Shown here: piece after piece, positions 12,244 to 23,863 of the stretch
Layout of the letters: each line of letters opens with the position of its first letter
How positions within the stretch are numbered: the stretch's first letter is position 1
Origin: Phallusia mammillata
Lineage: Eukaryota
Assembly: GCA_965637545.1 (NCBI GenBank)
Contig: OZ281494.1
Location: 2,108,001-2,172,000, forward strand
DNA: 64,000 bases
Direction of reading: 5' to 3'
The notes under the pieces: generated by a model
The model's database searches: none
Told to the model about the DNA's origin: nothing
The model's input: the letters and a program-made list of their open reading frames with translations, nothing else
Position numbers and translations under genes: made by a program

Positions 12244-15200
12244 TTTATAGCTGTTGTTTCGTGTCGCATGCCTCGATGACGCGTAACTTTGAAAAGAAAA
12301 TGTTGTAAGCTTGATTATTTATCGCGCTCCGTACGGTCGCCGCTTTTGTTACGTCATAATGCGTTGTGTAGAAATGCTCGTTCGCATTGCTCAAGTATTT
12401 TCTTGTCGCGCTTGATTCGGTTTGGTCACGTGGTTTCGTACCTCTGCCTTCGCCCAACGAAATCTAAAGTTCAAACTCTATTGGACACAATTCTATGGAA
12501 GTCCAGAAACTGCGCCTCTAGTGGTTACATTTATATTCGTACGGCACCGTCAGAGGGCGCTGCAGGGTTCGGTGCTTTTCTGGTGCAAAGTTTCATTCTG
12601 CATCTCATCACTTCATCATTGAGGTATCCTCCAGGGCTGCTTTGACCCGAAACACTTCTTATCCTACTTGGTGATCTTCACACCGATTCGTGCGATTCCC
12701 GTTTTAATTCAGCACATGTACTCAAGTTGCTTCCGCACCAATCAGTGTCAATTTGCCCTGTTTTTCTGTGTTTCCCATTTGTAGAAAATAGTTACTCGCT
12801 GAAACGAGCGGTTCTCGGAGCTGATTGGCTGTATCAGTCACGTGGAAAACCGGCTGTGTTGTTTCATTTTAGCAAACCGGTCCAGTTTATATTGTAAGAT
12901 GTAGAATCTTTCAAAACCCGGCAAAGCTCATTGCTTTTCAGTTTCCTTGAGCGATAAATATCCCCAATACATAATATGAACGTCGCTTGCGTTTGTGTTT
13001 TGCCGCCCGGGCAAATGTATTTCATCTACCTGAAAAATCTCTTTGCTGCGCTGTATCTTCTGTATGCGACTGAAAATGGGACCTTGGACAAAAAATTATT
13101 TCAACACCGATGAATAGGACGGTTTCCCTCATTCTATATGTTTACATAAACGCGAGTGTTTGTTAGAGATTTTCTATTGGGAAGTTCTCCAAATCGCCCT
13201 AAAAATGCGGCCACACGTTGAAAAACTTTAGACATCTCAGCGCTAAACCGTAATCAGTTCATGTTGATTTTGAAATTAGTTCATGTGGACGTTCTTCTAA
13301 GAGCAATTTGATTTTATACCAAAACAAATATTTGCGTGATTGATCCTTTACACAAAATTCTTATCATTTACCATCTTCTTATCTGCAACAGTTTTGTAAA
13401 AGCAAATTGACTTTGATTCGTGTTTCGACGCGACATTGACTTTGCAACACATATCTCCAGTTTTTTCCCTATCTTGTGCTTGTGAAGCTTGACCCTCTGA
13501 AAAACGGCAGTCGTATTTTTATCGACACACGATGTCGCCTTGTGCTGCGTGACGTGTTGTCACAATTTCAATAGATAACTAGCTTTGTTCATAATTTTGT
13601 GTGGTGTATTGATTAGGCTTATTCAGGTTTGGAGTAAAAACAAGCAGACTTAGGGATTATAAGTGCGATCAGTTTAGGGGTCGATATGTTCTTCAGAAGT
13701 CTAAATTAGCTAAGATCTTAACGTGCGAGTAATTGCCACCAATGAGTAAATTGATATTTTTTCTGGGGGTAAATACATTTTTTTCCTTTGACATCCTTCT
13801 GTGACATCATTTTTGGTGATCTGGATGTCCTTATGAGGAAACAACGGTTAAGAATCACCGACCACTAAACCGAATGTGGTTAATCGCATTGCCAGTATGG
13901 CATGCTTTTCTATGCGATTAGGCGGACGATTTTCTTAACAAACGTAAGACTGAGTTTGGATTACAATACCTTTGTAATTAAACGGTGTACTTGATTAACC
14001 GGTTTCGTATGCAGAAAGAGGTGGATCTCCCACGTAAATGTTTTGTTGTGTTTTTGTCCATTTGGGTTCTGGTCAGCAAACTATCACATTGTTTTTCAGC
14101 CACGTTAAACCGACAGATATACTCCTTTTGCCACAAGAGAAATCGGTTAAAAATATTTTTCTTATTGTGAGATCATTTGTGATAAAAAGCAATTTCATCC
14201 GTCGCATTTTAGTTGCAAGTGTTTTAGACTGGAACGTTAGTCTGTCATAAGCTCACCCCTAACTTACTGCGGGACTAACTGATTTCAAGAGGAGCGTAAG
14301 TATTAAACTACATTGTGTAATTTTGAAAAAAGTGTACAAAACCGTAAGTCAAACAAAATCAATCGATCTAGACACGAGGTTTGTGAAGAATATTTTACCA
14401 AAGTTTTTTGGTATAATCAATTCCTGTAAACGAGTAAAACCTAAACTTATTCAAAATGAATCGCCCTGTTTAGCTTAGAACAATGATCACTCAGAAACTG
14501 CGTCTGTAACCAGTTCATTTTACTACAAACTCTGCTTTATTACTAAACTGTGTACTGAATGTTCCCATGCAAATGGTTTGCGAAAAATACCTGAGGAAAC
14601 AACATTAAACACGAAACCCTAAACATTGCTGCTTATCCCTCATTGGTAACCTTGTCACTTGCCTATTGCATGCACAACTAAGTCCGCTTATTTTCTATAT
14701 TTACAAAGCCTTGCAGTATATGATCCACGCTTCAAGATTGGCTGAAAAAAAAAAACGTTCAAGCCCTGGCTAAACTTGCCTTCTCAGCGCACCACGTAGT
14801 GACTCGATGTCACAATAACTTTACTCGAGAGTAATGAAAATTATTTATTATTTAATTACAAGTGTGTTGGGTGATTTCAGATAATCTCGGACCTTCACTT
14901 TGAGCATTAACCTCCAAGTATGGTGGTGACACAATCACAAATGCCGTAAGTAATCTCATAACATTCTGGGCACTTTGCCTTGCAAAAGCATAATCCAACC
15001 AGCAGAAGAAAAATACCCAACTGCAAAAAAAAACAATACAAAACATAACTGATAATTATGGATTGAAGGAAAGTTTTAAGCCGGTCTTGCCGATACGCAA
15101 ACTATGACCACCGCCGACATTTGGATAATTTTCGAATTGTCTTTTGTCTGAAATATTGTTTTTCTTTTGTTGGTGGTCGATGTAACGTCATTGCAGCCGA

Positions 15201-16831
15201 TCAGACTTGCACTTAAATTAAAGCTTTAACCTGAGTGGTTGCTTCACTTATGAACGTTTTGTAAAATTACACATTCTCGTCTTACAACGCATTGTAGACC
15301 TTATTATCTTTGGTGCATTTCAACATAAACAAGTAAGAATTAACCCAGCATACGAAACCACATACAAACTATAAAGCACTTTCGCTTTGGTTTAACTGTT
15401 TGTGTTTTGGTGGCATGTTAAAAGACTTCTCCGAAATAAGAAAATTATTAGCTATTATGGTAAGTCATTGCCAGAGTCGGGTTATGCACTCTTTACAAGT
15501 GGCTTAAAATCAGTTCGGTCTTTTTCCCCAGATATAGATGGCGCAAATGTTGAAGAGGGACTTATTTCAAAGTTGCATGAATATTTTTTGTTGATGAAGA
15601 AACAACAAAATGTAAGGCACAATGACGTGACGATACGCAACTATACGATGACTTGCCCTCTATTTAAAACCCTTTTTCGATATAACATGCTTTTACATTT
15701 GTGCAATAATTATAGTTTCTTTACATAACACGACCCTTCAGCAATTATCACAAACGGCAATCTCCAGAAAAGAAAAGAAAAACGGTGTGGTGGTTCATTT
15801 ATGTGCTGAGGTGCCATGAATATTTAGCACCGAAAAATTTCAGATACGCATCCTTAATGCCCTTCTAAGTAAAAATGTATCCAACATTCGGTTTGCCGAA
15901 TCGTTTCAGCGGAATCGGCCATTATTGCAAAGATTCGGTTTCGGCCGAATAATTTGTTACGTTTCGGCCGAAACCTGGTCTTTTACGAACACAGATTAGT
16001 AAAGTACCACGCAATCTTTTAACCTACACCACAACTAAAATCGCGTAAATTGTTATAATTTTAAAACATTATCTATTTCAACTATTCTGCACTAATTGCC
16101 TGGTAGACAAACTTATGTTCTTACGTCATAAACAATTCGGTTGATTCGGCCGAGTTTATGCGACAAAACTGTCAAATATTCGGTATCGGTCGAACCGAAA
16201 TATAACCGATTCGGTACATCACTACTTCTAAGCACGCTTACACAGCTTAGTGCTTAGTCTAGCCCTGGCCATTATTTGTAAATAAAGTTTTTGTCATTTT
16301 ACATTTCGATTGGTGATTTACATATAAATGTGACATTTTAAAGGCAGCGATAATTTTCCACATGCTTAAACAAGACATTCTATCCATTACAAAGCAGTCC
16401 AGCACGCTATTGATGTAACCTCTGTTTTCTTGTAATAAAACGGGAAAGGCGCTGCTCGTACTACGTCACACGGTTTCATCGGGTTCAAATCATCTTTTTT
16501 TGTTTGTTACACATACAGCCACTGTATTAGTAAGTGAATTTAGGTTTGGGTCTAGTACTGAATATAAACTGGATAATTCAAGTCCAGAGATAAGCCATGA
16601 AACTGGCTATAGGTTTGGCTCAAAGCTTATGAATTGTTTGTGGTTTTGTCCCAGTTGAAAATATTTGTAATCATTTATCAGACATCTTCATTTTTTTCTG
16701 CAGGATTAATAAGGATGACTGTAACGAGGAAAAGTTTGCATCATTTGAAAAAGATTGTGATTGAAAACTGAGCAGTTACAACGTGTTTAGCATGTTTGTG
16801 CAAAACAGAAAATAACAACATTAACAAAATT

Positions 16832-19800
16832 ATGACAGGCAAATACAGCATAGTGGCGTTGTGTGTTTTGCTTCTGTTAGTGAACGTTGTCCAAGGTACG
16901 CAATCGCTTGTTAAAAGTAACACACTGTAAACCAATTTGGGTAAAAACAACCCAAAAGCGTTGGGTATCTTGGTGGGGAAACCCATTTTTTTAGGTAGTT
17001 TGAACCCAAAATTGGTTGGGTTAAATACAGTTTTGCCCTATTGATTTACCCAAAAATGTCCAAAATTGATTGAACGTTGTTTTACACAAAAATCATACAG
17101 ATTTCATGTTTTATTTTTAGAAGAAACACACTTTTTTCCAAACTAGCTACAGAAGAAAAAACACGAAAAAACTAATTACAACATACAACACAATTATTCA
17201 TACATTGACAAGTCTGGAATATCAAAATGATACTTGCAAAAATTGTAAAACTTTATCAACATGCAGACAGTATTCATAGTAAAGTACACAATACAATGTA
17301 AATACGGCTTTGATGCCTTTGATGATACCATTCACTTTCAGTATACAGGGTTTTGCTCAGAAAACAAGGTTATTTTTGTGAGCGAATGAAATCTCTCCAT
17401 GTACAACCCAGAAGGGTTGCTGACGATCACCCAATGCTGCTCCCGAACCTTCAAATGGTGTGTTTGCCTGAATATTTAAATATTACCAGCAAACAAACAA
17501 AAACAACATAGTAATTTACCAAATCTAGACAAATACAAACCATATGCTATCCCATACGCAAAATTTAACAAAACATAGGGCTACCAAAAAAATCTCTTTT
17601 CAACCATAAACGCCATTAATAATTAATGTGAAACTTACTTCCAAGTATCAATCTATTTCTGTGGGACGTCCAAGTCACCAAACCATTGGGCAACAAAACA
17701 GTTTACCCAAAATATGTGGGTATGTTGCTGCTGTACCCAAAGTTCTCTCGATCGATTTACCCAAATTGGTTTACAGTGCAAGTAACTTAAAAGCTAAAAA
17801 AATTCAAACGATATATCAAAGCAAGTCGTAACATGGTTTCGCCCAATTTTTAAAATATATAATTCTTTATTGTACTACAGTATGTTCACAAACAACAGAC
17901 GAGTCATGCATAAACGTCAACGAGGACCGCAGAATATGCTTTGGTGAGCTAAATCAAATGTAATAAATCATTGATAATTGTTTTAACATTTTGTCTTATA
18001 GTTTGTGAAGAAAGTGAATACAAGAATCTTAGTTGTACAGACGAAGAAAAAATGCTGAACTTTCCTGTCGACTTTTGTAAAATACAAAGTAATGAGTAAG
18101 TATAGTTTTAAACAATACAGCAATTTGTTCGCGCAATGCTTGTAATTCTAAGAAGGAACAGAAACCACAACAACGTCGTTCGTTGTTTTCGCTGACAAAT
18201 TAGGAACATAAGTTCGAAATTGAAAATGTAAATGTTGAAATTGAAAATGTTACTTGTAACTTTATCGTGTTTATATGTAAAAGGCTATAAACAATTCCTA
18301 CTGGAAGTAGAAACGGCTTACGACTCAATCAAATTCTTGTGGTGTTCGTATGAACTGGGCTACCCTGTCTAAAGTCAAGGAATTTTTATTTATGTGATTT
18401 GTTGTACATCGTATTCATTCGGTTAAAATCGTTACCTTAATCAGATGTCCGTTTTGTTTCTTTTAAGGCCTTACACACCTTTTAATCAAAAATGGCCTGG
18501 TTTAGTGGTTCTCAAACTTTTTAAGTTCATGGCAAGTTTTTATTCCTGGTTTTCCTGTTACCAGCTAAAAATGTTAAAATCTATTCCCGAAGCTTCAAAT
18601 GGATAAATGAGACTGATATTAGCAACGAAAGCGAAATGGGTTGGTAGTTGGGTCCAAATTACCAGTGAGAGTAATATCGAAGAATCAGTCATTTAACTTT
18701 GTATCAAAGTAATTAAATTTTTGTTATTTTTGGGGCGCACCTAGCAACCTACCACGACAGTTTGAAATCCGCATTCAATGTTTTGTATTTCGTTGTTTTT
18801 GTGAAGAAACTGCTCTAACTACAACGTAAGTTCAAGCTGCAAAAACAGAGAGAAACATAAGGAAATGGCGCAAATGATACGAAGCACTTGTCGCAAAAAG
18901 ACTGAATGTCAAATTCCTTCAGGAGCTTGGAGAAACGGACGCTACATGTTGATAACATTCACATGCAGAGAGTGTGGTGGTAAATACCTTTGAAATTCAA
19001 AGCTCCCTTGTTCAGTCTTTTAAAATCTTATCCACTTATGTCTTCTATATATCGTATAATGTATGCCTTGTAAGTTCGATTAATGAAAATGCTTAATTGA
19101 CGATATCCTATATCACATCTGCTCATTTTTAACACTAACTTAGATTTAGCATCAGAATTGTAATGTTTAGATGTGACGTGAAAGATATTATACTACTATT
19201 GTTTTTCGTTCTTATAGCTATTGTTACCTTAAGTAACTTTTAATATTATCTCGGAAAAAATGTTTTACAGAAAGCTGTACAAAAGAAGACATAGCATTTG
19301 AAGGGGAAAGTAATTCGTATCAAGCGCTGAAAATGCTTACCGAAACATCCACGATATACCAGGATAGAAAATCTGAGGCAAGAAGGTTTGGCGGAACAAT
19401 ACCCAACTCTGGTCCGTATCTGTCGGTCGATGACGTTCATCTCAATAACATTTCCACCAGTTCCACTTCGCCTTTTGTTGCTGCTTTGTCGGTCATTAAC
19501 ATAAACTCTTCTAGCAAAGAGCTTTTCAACAACCTGACAACCGAACTGACAACTACAAGATTAACTGATGTTCTCGCAATAGACGACCTACCCTTGGTCT
19601 CTATAGTCGTCGATCAAGAAGATGATTCGGAAGATTCGGAGGATTCGAAAGATTCGGATGATTCGGAGGATTCGGAAGACTCGGAGGATTCAGAAGATTT
19701 GTTTCAAACTAAATTGGCATTTTCTTTGTCGGTTCCAGGCACCACAAACTTTAAAACAGAAATAAAGCCAAAGTTGATGAAGATAGCTGGTGGTAGAGAT

Positions 19801-22150
19801 GTTCTTGTCAAATCAGTCAATTGGATTTGCGTTTTCATTGACCCTGAAACGTATGTGTTTTCAAGGAATGGCTGCGCACTGACAACTAGTGTGAATAGAT
19901 CACAAGTTTCATGTGCTTGCAACCATACCACCATATTTAGTGTGCTTCTTGCCGTGGACGCTGTCATTTTACCAGCTTACATTAAGGTAAATCAAATGCA
20001 TAGGTATACTGACATGAACGTTAATGCAGCTATATCATCAGTGTATAAACACGTACATATTACATCTTACTTCAAACGCAAAAATGTTACTAGTTAATCA
20101 AATGTAGTTTGTACCAGTATCTTAGGAACTTGGAGTCATTGCTTAAATTGTTGAGAAAAACATGAACTTTTTATCAGATCCTGTCTTACATCACCGAAAG
20201 CACAACAGTTTTGTTTCTCATCATTACCGTCATCACAATCTTCAACGTCCGCCATGCGATGGTGAACGACCGAATCTTCGTTCAAATCAACTTGTCGCTG
20301 GCTCTCATGATCTTCCACGCACTAAATTTGACCCATGACCTCGCTATGACGTATCCACAGCTGTGTGAGGCTCTGGCGGTTGCCATGCACTACTTCCTGC
20401 TGTCTTCCGGTAATATTCTATCTCAATCACACGCAACATGACTTCTGCATAGTTGAATTAAAGGATAATCAACACACTTTAACACCAAGACATAATCGAG
20501 GTCATCACCTTTGAAAACACATGGTGTTATACTATCTAATTGACAATAAGCGTCAATTTCTAGATTGTTGGTGATTTAACTTAGGTGATTTTCTAAAGTA
20601 AAATTATTCGCATTTTTCAAGAAAATATGAATGTGCAAGTGCAAACTTTGTTTGATCAACTTTACTTGGATGGTTTTAAAAAAAATCATGATGCGAATTT
20701 GTGATAATTAAACTCTGTGTAACATTAGTTATAAATTTAAATAAACTTGGATGTAAGTTCAGATAAAAACATATAGTCGTTCATCCTTTAGTTTTAACGA
20801 TATAGATATTTAAGGCTTATTAGTCTTTATCCACCAATTTAAGCAACGGACTGGGTGATTCGAGCTTCAAGTTTTAATTGCGAGTATTGTTTGAATAAAC
20901 TTATATTGAATGTTGTTCAACAGTGTTCTGGATGTTGGTGGAGGGAATCACACTTGCCATGAAAACTTCGTCCAAGTCTCTTCAATTCAACGCGATCGAC
21001 CCGACCAAGCTGAACGTAATCAGAGCTCTCGTCGGTTGGGGAATCCCCTCAATCATTACAGCAGCAGCAGCAGTTGTTGGTTTCGTCTTCACAGAGAATT
21101 ACCTCCTTCCAAGTGCGGTGTATCAAGCAGGGTTCAACACTTCCATGTACGACAATACCCTGCGTTGTTTCCTCGACCATCAATCCCATCTCTTCTACTG
21201 GTCGGTGATTGGTCCGATCTGTCTCTGCATTCTCATCAACCTCCTCATTCTCATCCACGTGGTTGTCTTTATTTCCCGCCTAAACGCTGACCAACCGCGC
21301 CGAGGCCGCGTCCGTCGCCCAAACGCGCATGAGAAAATCACAAGGAAGGTCAAGATTCTTGTGGTGGGTGACATCGCAAAGAAGTTGCTGCTGCTCACTC
21401 CTGTCATGGGAATCCCACTAGTGCTAGGAATATTTGTAGGTAAGGCTCTTTCTGTCACTTCTGCGCGCTACTCACGAGTTCCAGTCCCTATATGCTTAAC
21501 AATAAAACAGGATGAGACCATAGTGGGCACATCTAAGTTTTCTTCCGAAAGATTAAGTGTATGCTTAAACACCCCAAAACACACAAATTGGTGTACGGCC
21601 ACAACGTGCACATCTCTTGTTACCTACAGTCGTCCTTAGTGTACTGAGAGTGTTCGTGTGTGTGCTCAAACACATGAAAAACTTTGCTGCACATAAACTG
21701 GTGTGTGGCCACAGCGCGCACATCTAATGTTGCTCACAGTGGTCCTCAGGGCACTAAGGGAGCTTGCGTGTATGCCCAGATACATGAAAAACTTTGCTCA
21801 TAAACTGGTGTAAATAGCAGCGTGGTTATTTAATGTTACTCTAAGTGATCCTCAGTGTACTCAGTGAGCTTGTGTGTGTCAAGAATCAAGTTTACATCGG
21901 TTGACTACCATAAACGTTTTGCTTCACCAGCAATTCGCAACACCAAATTCTTAAAAATACAACACATTTCCATCCTATTATTGTTGCAGGGATAGGTTCA
22001 ACTGAGAGCAACGAGTTCTTCATGTTCACCAATGTGACGGTGAACGGATTGCAAGGTTTATTCATCTTCATCATCTACTGTGTGATGCAAGAAGAAGTTA
22101 GAGAAGCTGTGAAGAGAGCTTGGTCGCGGTTCCAGTGCGGATATGGCTAG
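16832..22150 (+). CDS. Adhesion GPCR copy A (signal peptide, degenerate SUEL/RBL-like domain, GAIN/GPS, 7TM), 672 aa
   Basis: Exons 16832-16895, 17881-17943, 18002-18095, 18807-18979, 19271-19986, 20178-20409, 20924-21439, 21990-22150 (2019 nt, phases consistent). Signal MTGKYSIVALCVLLLLVNVVQ; GPS CVFID...FSRNGC...SCACNHTTIFSVLL; family-B motifs FWMLVEG, GWGIP, NGLQGLFIFIIYC. Confidence 0.92.
16923..17778. mobile_element. CACTG-terminated (CMC/EnSpm-like) non-autonomous DNA transposon in intron 1 of aGPCR A
   Basis: Perfect 23-bp TIR CACTGTAAACCAATTTGGGTAAA, 2-bp TSD CA; the paralogous intron of copy B (about 23945-23960) is the empty site. Confidence 0.85.
19618..19698 (+). repeat. Coding 9-nt tandem repeat GATTCGGA(A/G) giving (Asp-Ser-Glu)n
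   Basis: EDDSEDSEDSKDSDDSEDSEDSEDSEDL in copy A; 27 nt shorter in copy B (ENDLEDSDDSKDLDDSEDL, about 25338-25391). Confidence 0.9.
21585..21880. repeat. ~105-bp tandem repeat in aGPCR A intron 7 (also about 27240-27540 in copy B)
   Basis: About 3 recognisable units with GTGTGGCCACAGCGCGCACATCTAATG...GGTCCTCAG...CATGAAAAACTTTGCT. Confidence 0.75.
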
Positions 22151-23863
22151 AAAACTTAATTTTCCATTTGCATCACGTCGCGAAACACAATGTGTATGAT
22201 GACAAAAGTGACGGAGTTTACTTACATGCTCATTTTCAAATAAAGGATGTTTTCTAGAAATGTAAAGCAGGAATAATTACATCTCTGGAAAGAAAAACTA
22301 AACTAAACTAAAAGCTGAAAAACCTTGACTCCTTTGCTGTAAATAACCAAAACCTATTTATGCTGTTACATGGTCTCGTGTAAAAATGCACAATCTTTTG
22401 ACATTGACCACTAAAATACTGTAGCAGATATCTACACAGACTTTGCCTACAAATGCAGCCTGGATTTTTGCCAAATCCAGGCAATATTTTTGGTCCAAAC
22501 GAGTCGGGAGTAACCGAAGTTTACTGCAGCTTAGCGCAGCTGACGTATATATGTAAATATCTGATCAAAGCATGTTTATTGTGCATTTTTCATTGGTGTA
22601 TTTGATTAACAACCAGACGTTGGAAGCAAAAAAATTATTTGCACATTTGTTTTACAATCTCTTTTGCTAGTTAAACCGAAATTCGGAAAGCGCTATTTGG
22701 CGGCTACAAACTCCTAGTTACTATGCTTTCGACTCTTTCCTCTTCAGCGGGTGCACACGTGTTTCTACATTTATTCTCATAAAAATGTGACTGTTAAACT
22801 CCAGCTGCTAAACTTTGGGCATCGTGTTATAGAAGGTTCTTTTGTAATATTTGCGACACTATTTTTCTTGTGCTGTACATTTATTTACATTTAAAAACAA
22901 AACAAACATAAACAACAATTGCTCCATGATTGACATCAACTGAAGCAACATTTAACACAAATACAACAACTTATCTTTTCTAGGCCATGCTTTCTCCCAG
23001 GGCTAGAAAATTTGTACAGATGAATAAAGTAGTTTTTTTACCTCGCCGCCATTGTGCAAGAGTGCAACTTGCAAATCAAATTCTAAACTATAGAGCATAA
23101 TGACAAAGCCTTAAAGCTCTAAAACAGACACATTGATCACAAAGTGCAAAGATAGAATGTTTGGGAAACACTGGAACAAAACAACAAGTTATGAACAAGG
23201 ATTAAGTATGAAGATTCTAGTCTTTTTCTTTTTCGAACACAGCTTAGTAAAGTACCACGCATTCTTTCAAACTACATCACAACTAAAATTGCGTCAATTG
23301 TTATATTTTTTGAAACATTTTCTATTTCAATTATTCTGCGCTAATTGCCCGATAGACAAACTTATGTTTTAATGTCAGTGACGCCTTAAGATTCGGTCAA
23401 AATGACTGTCGAATATTCGATTCACGCTCTCAGGTTATCCTCTGTTTTCTTGTTATGAAACGGGAAAGTCGCTTGCTCTTACTGCGTCATACAGTTACTG
23501 CAATGGCTTCAAATCATCTGTCATTCCTATCAGCATATACAGCCACTGTATTAGTACGTGAATTCAGGTTAGCGTCTGGTACTGTATATAAACTGGATAA
23601 TTTATGTCCAGAGATAAGCCATGAAATTGCCTAGACTTGGATCAAAGCTTGTTTGTGGTAAAACGTTTTAAGCTCATTTTGTCCCAGTTTAAAATATGTT
23701 ATCATTTATAAGTCATTTTCATTTTCTACAGCATTAATAAGGAATGACTGTAAAGAGGCAATGTTTACATCATTTGAAAAGATTGTGGTTGAAATTTTGT
23801 TCCACTGAACGGTTACAATGTGTTTAGCATGTTAGTGCAGTAAAAACAATTAACAACAAAATT

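Larger units (their letters stand above)
6252..15490 (+). repeat. Segmental duplication, copy 1 (partner 52724-62780)
   Basis: Colinear similarity of exons, introns, 3' UTR and downstream intergenic DNA; begins at TCTATATTACTCACACTAACA and is traceable to GCCAGAGTCGGGTTA. Confidence 0.95.

Noticed and set aside
12289-12645. 118-aa ORF downstream of striatin
   Set aside because: Split by frameshifts in the duplicate (59314-59526, 59450-59674); no recognisable motif.
12531-12790. Minus-strand frame (...ESHESV*RSPSRIRS...GGYLNDEVMRCRMKLC...) as a readthrough or selenoprotein/peptide gene
   Set aside because: No in-frame ATG or acceptor, a stop just upstream, and the copy differences include replacements; kept only as conserved non-coding DNA.
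214-15728. Short ORFs in the track overlapping striatin introns or the opposite strand (e.g. 214-408, 5318-5506, 11624-11944, 15402-15728)
   Set aside because: Shadows of real exons or AT-rich noise; equivalents in the duplicated block are broken by indels.
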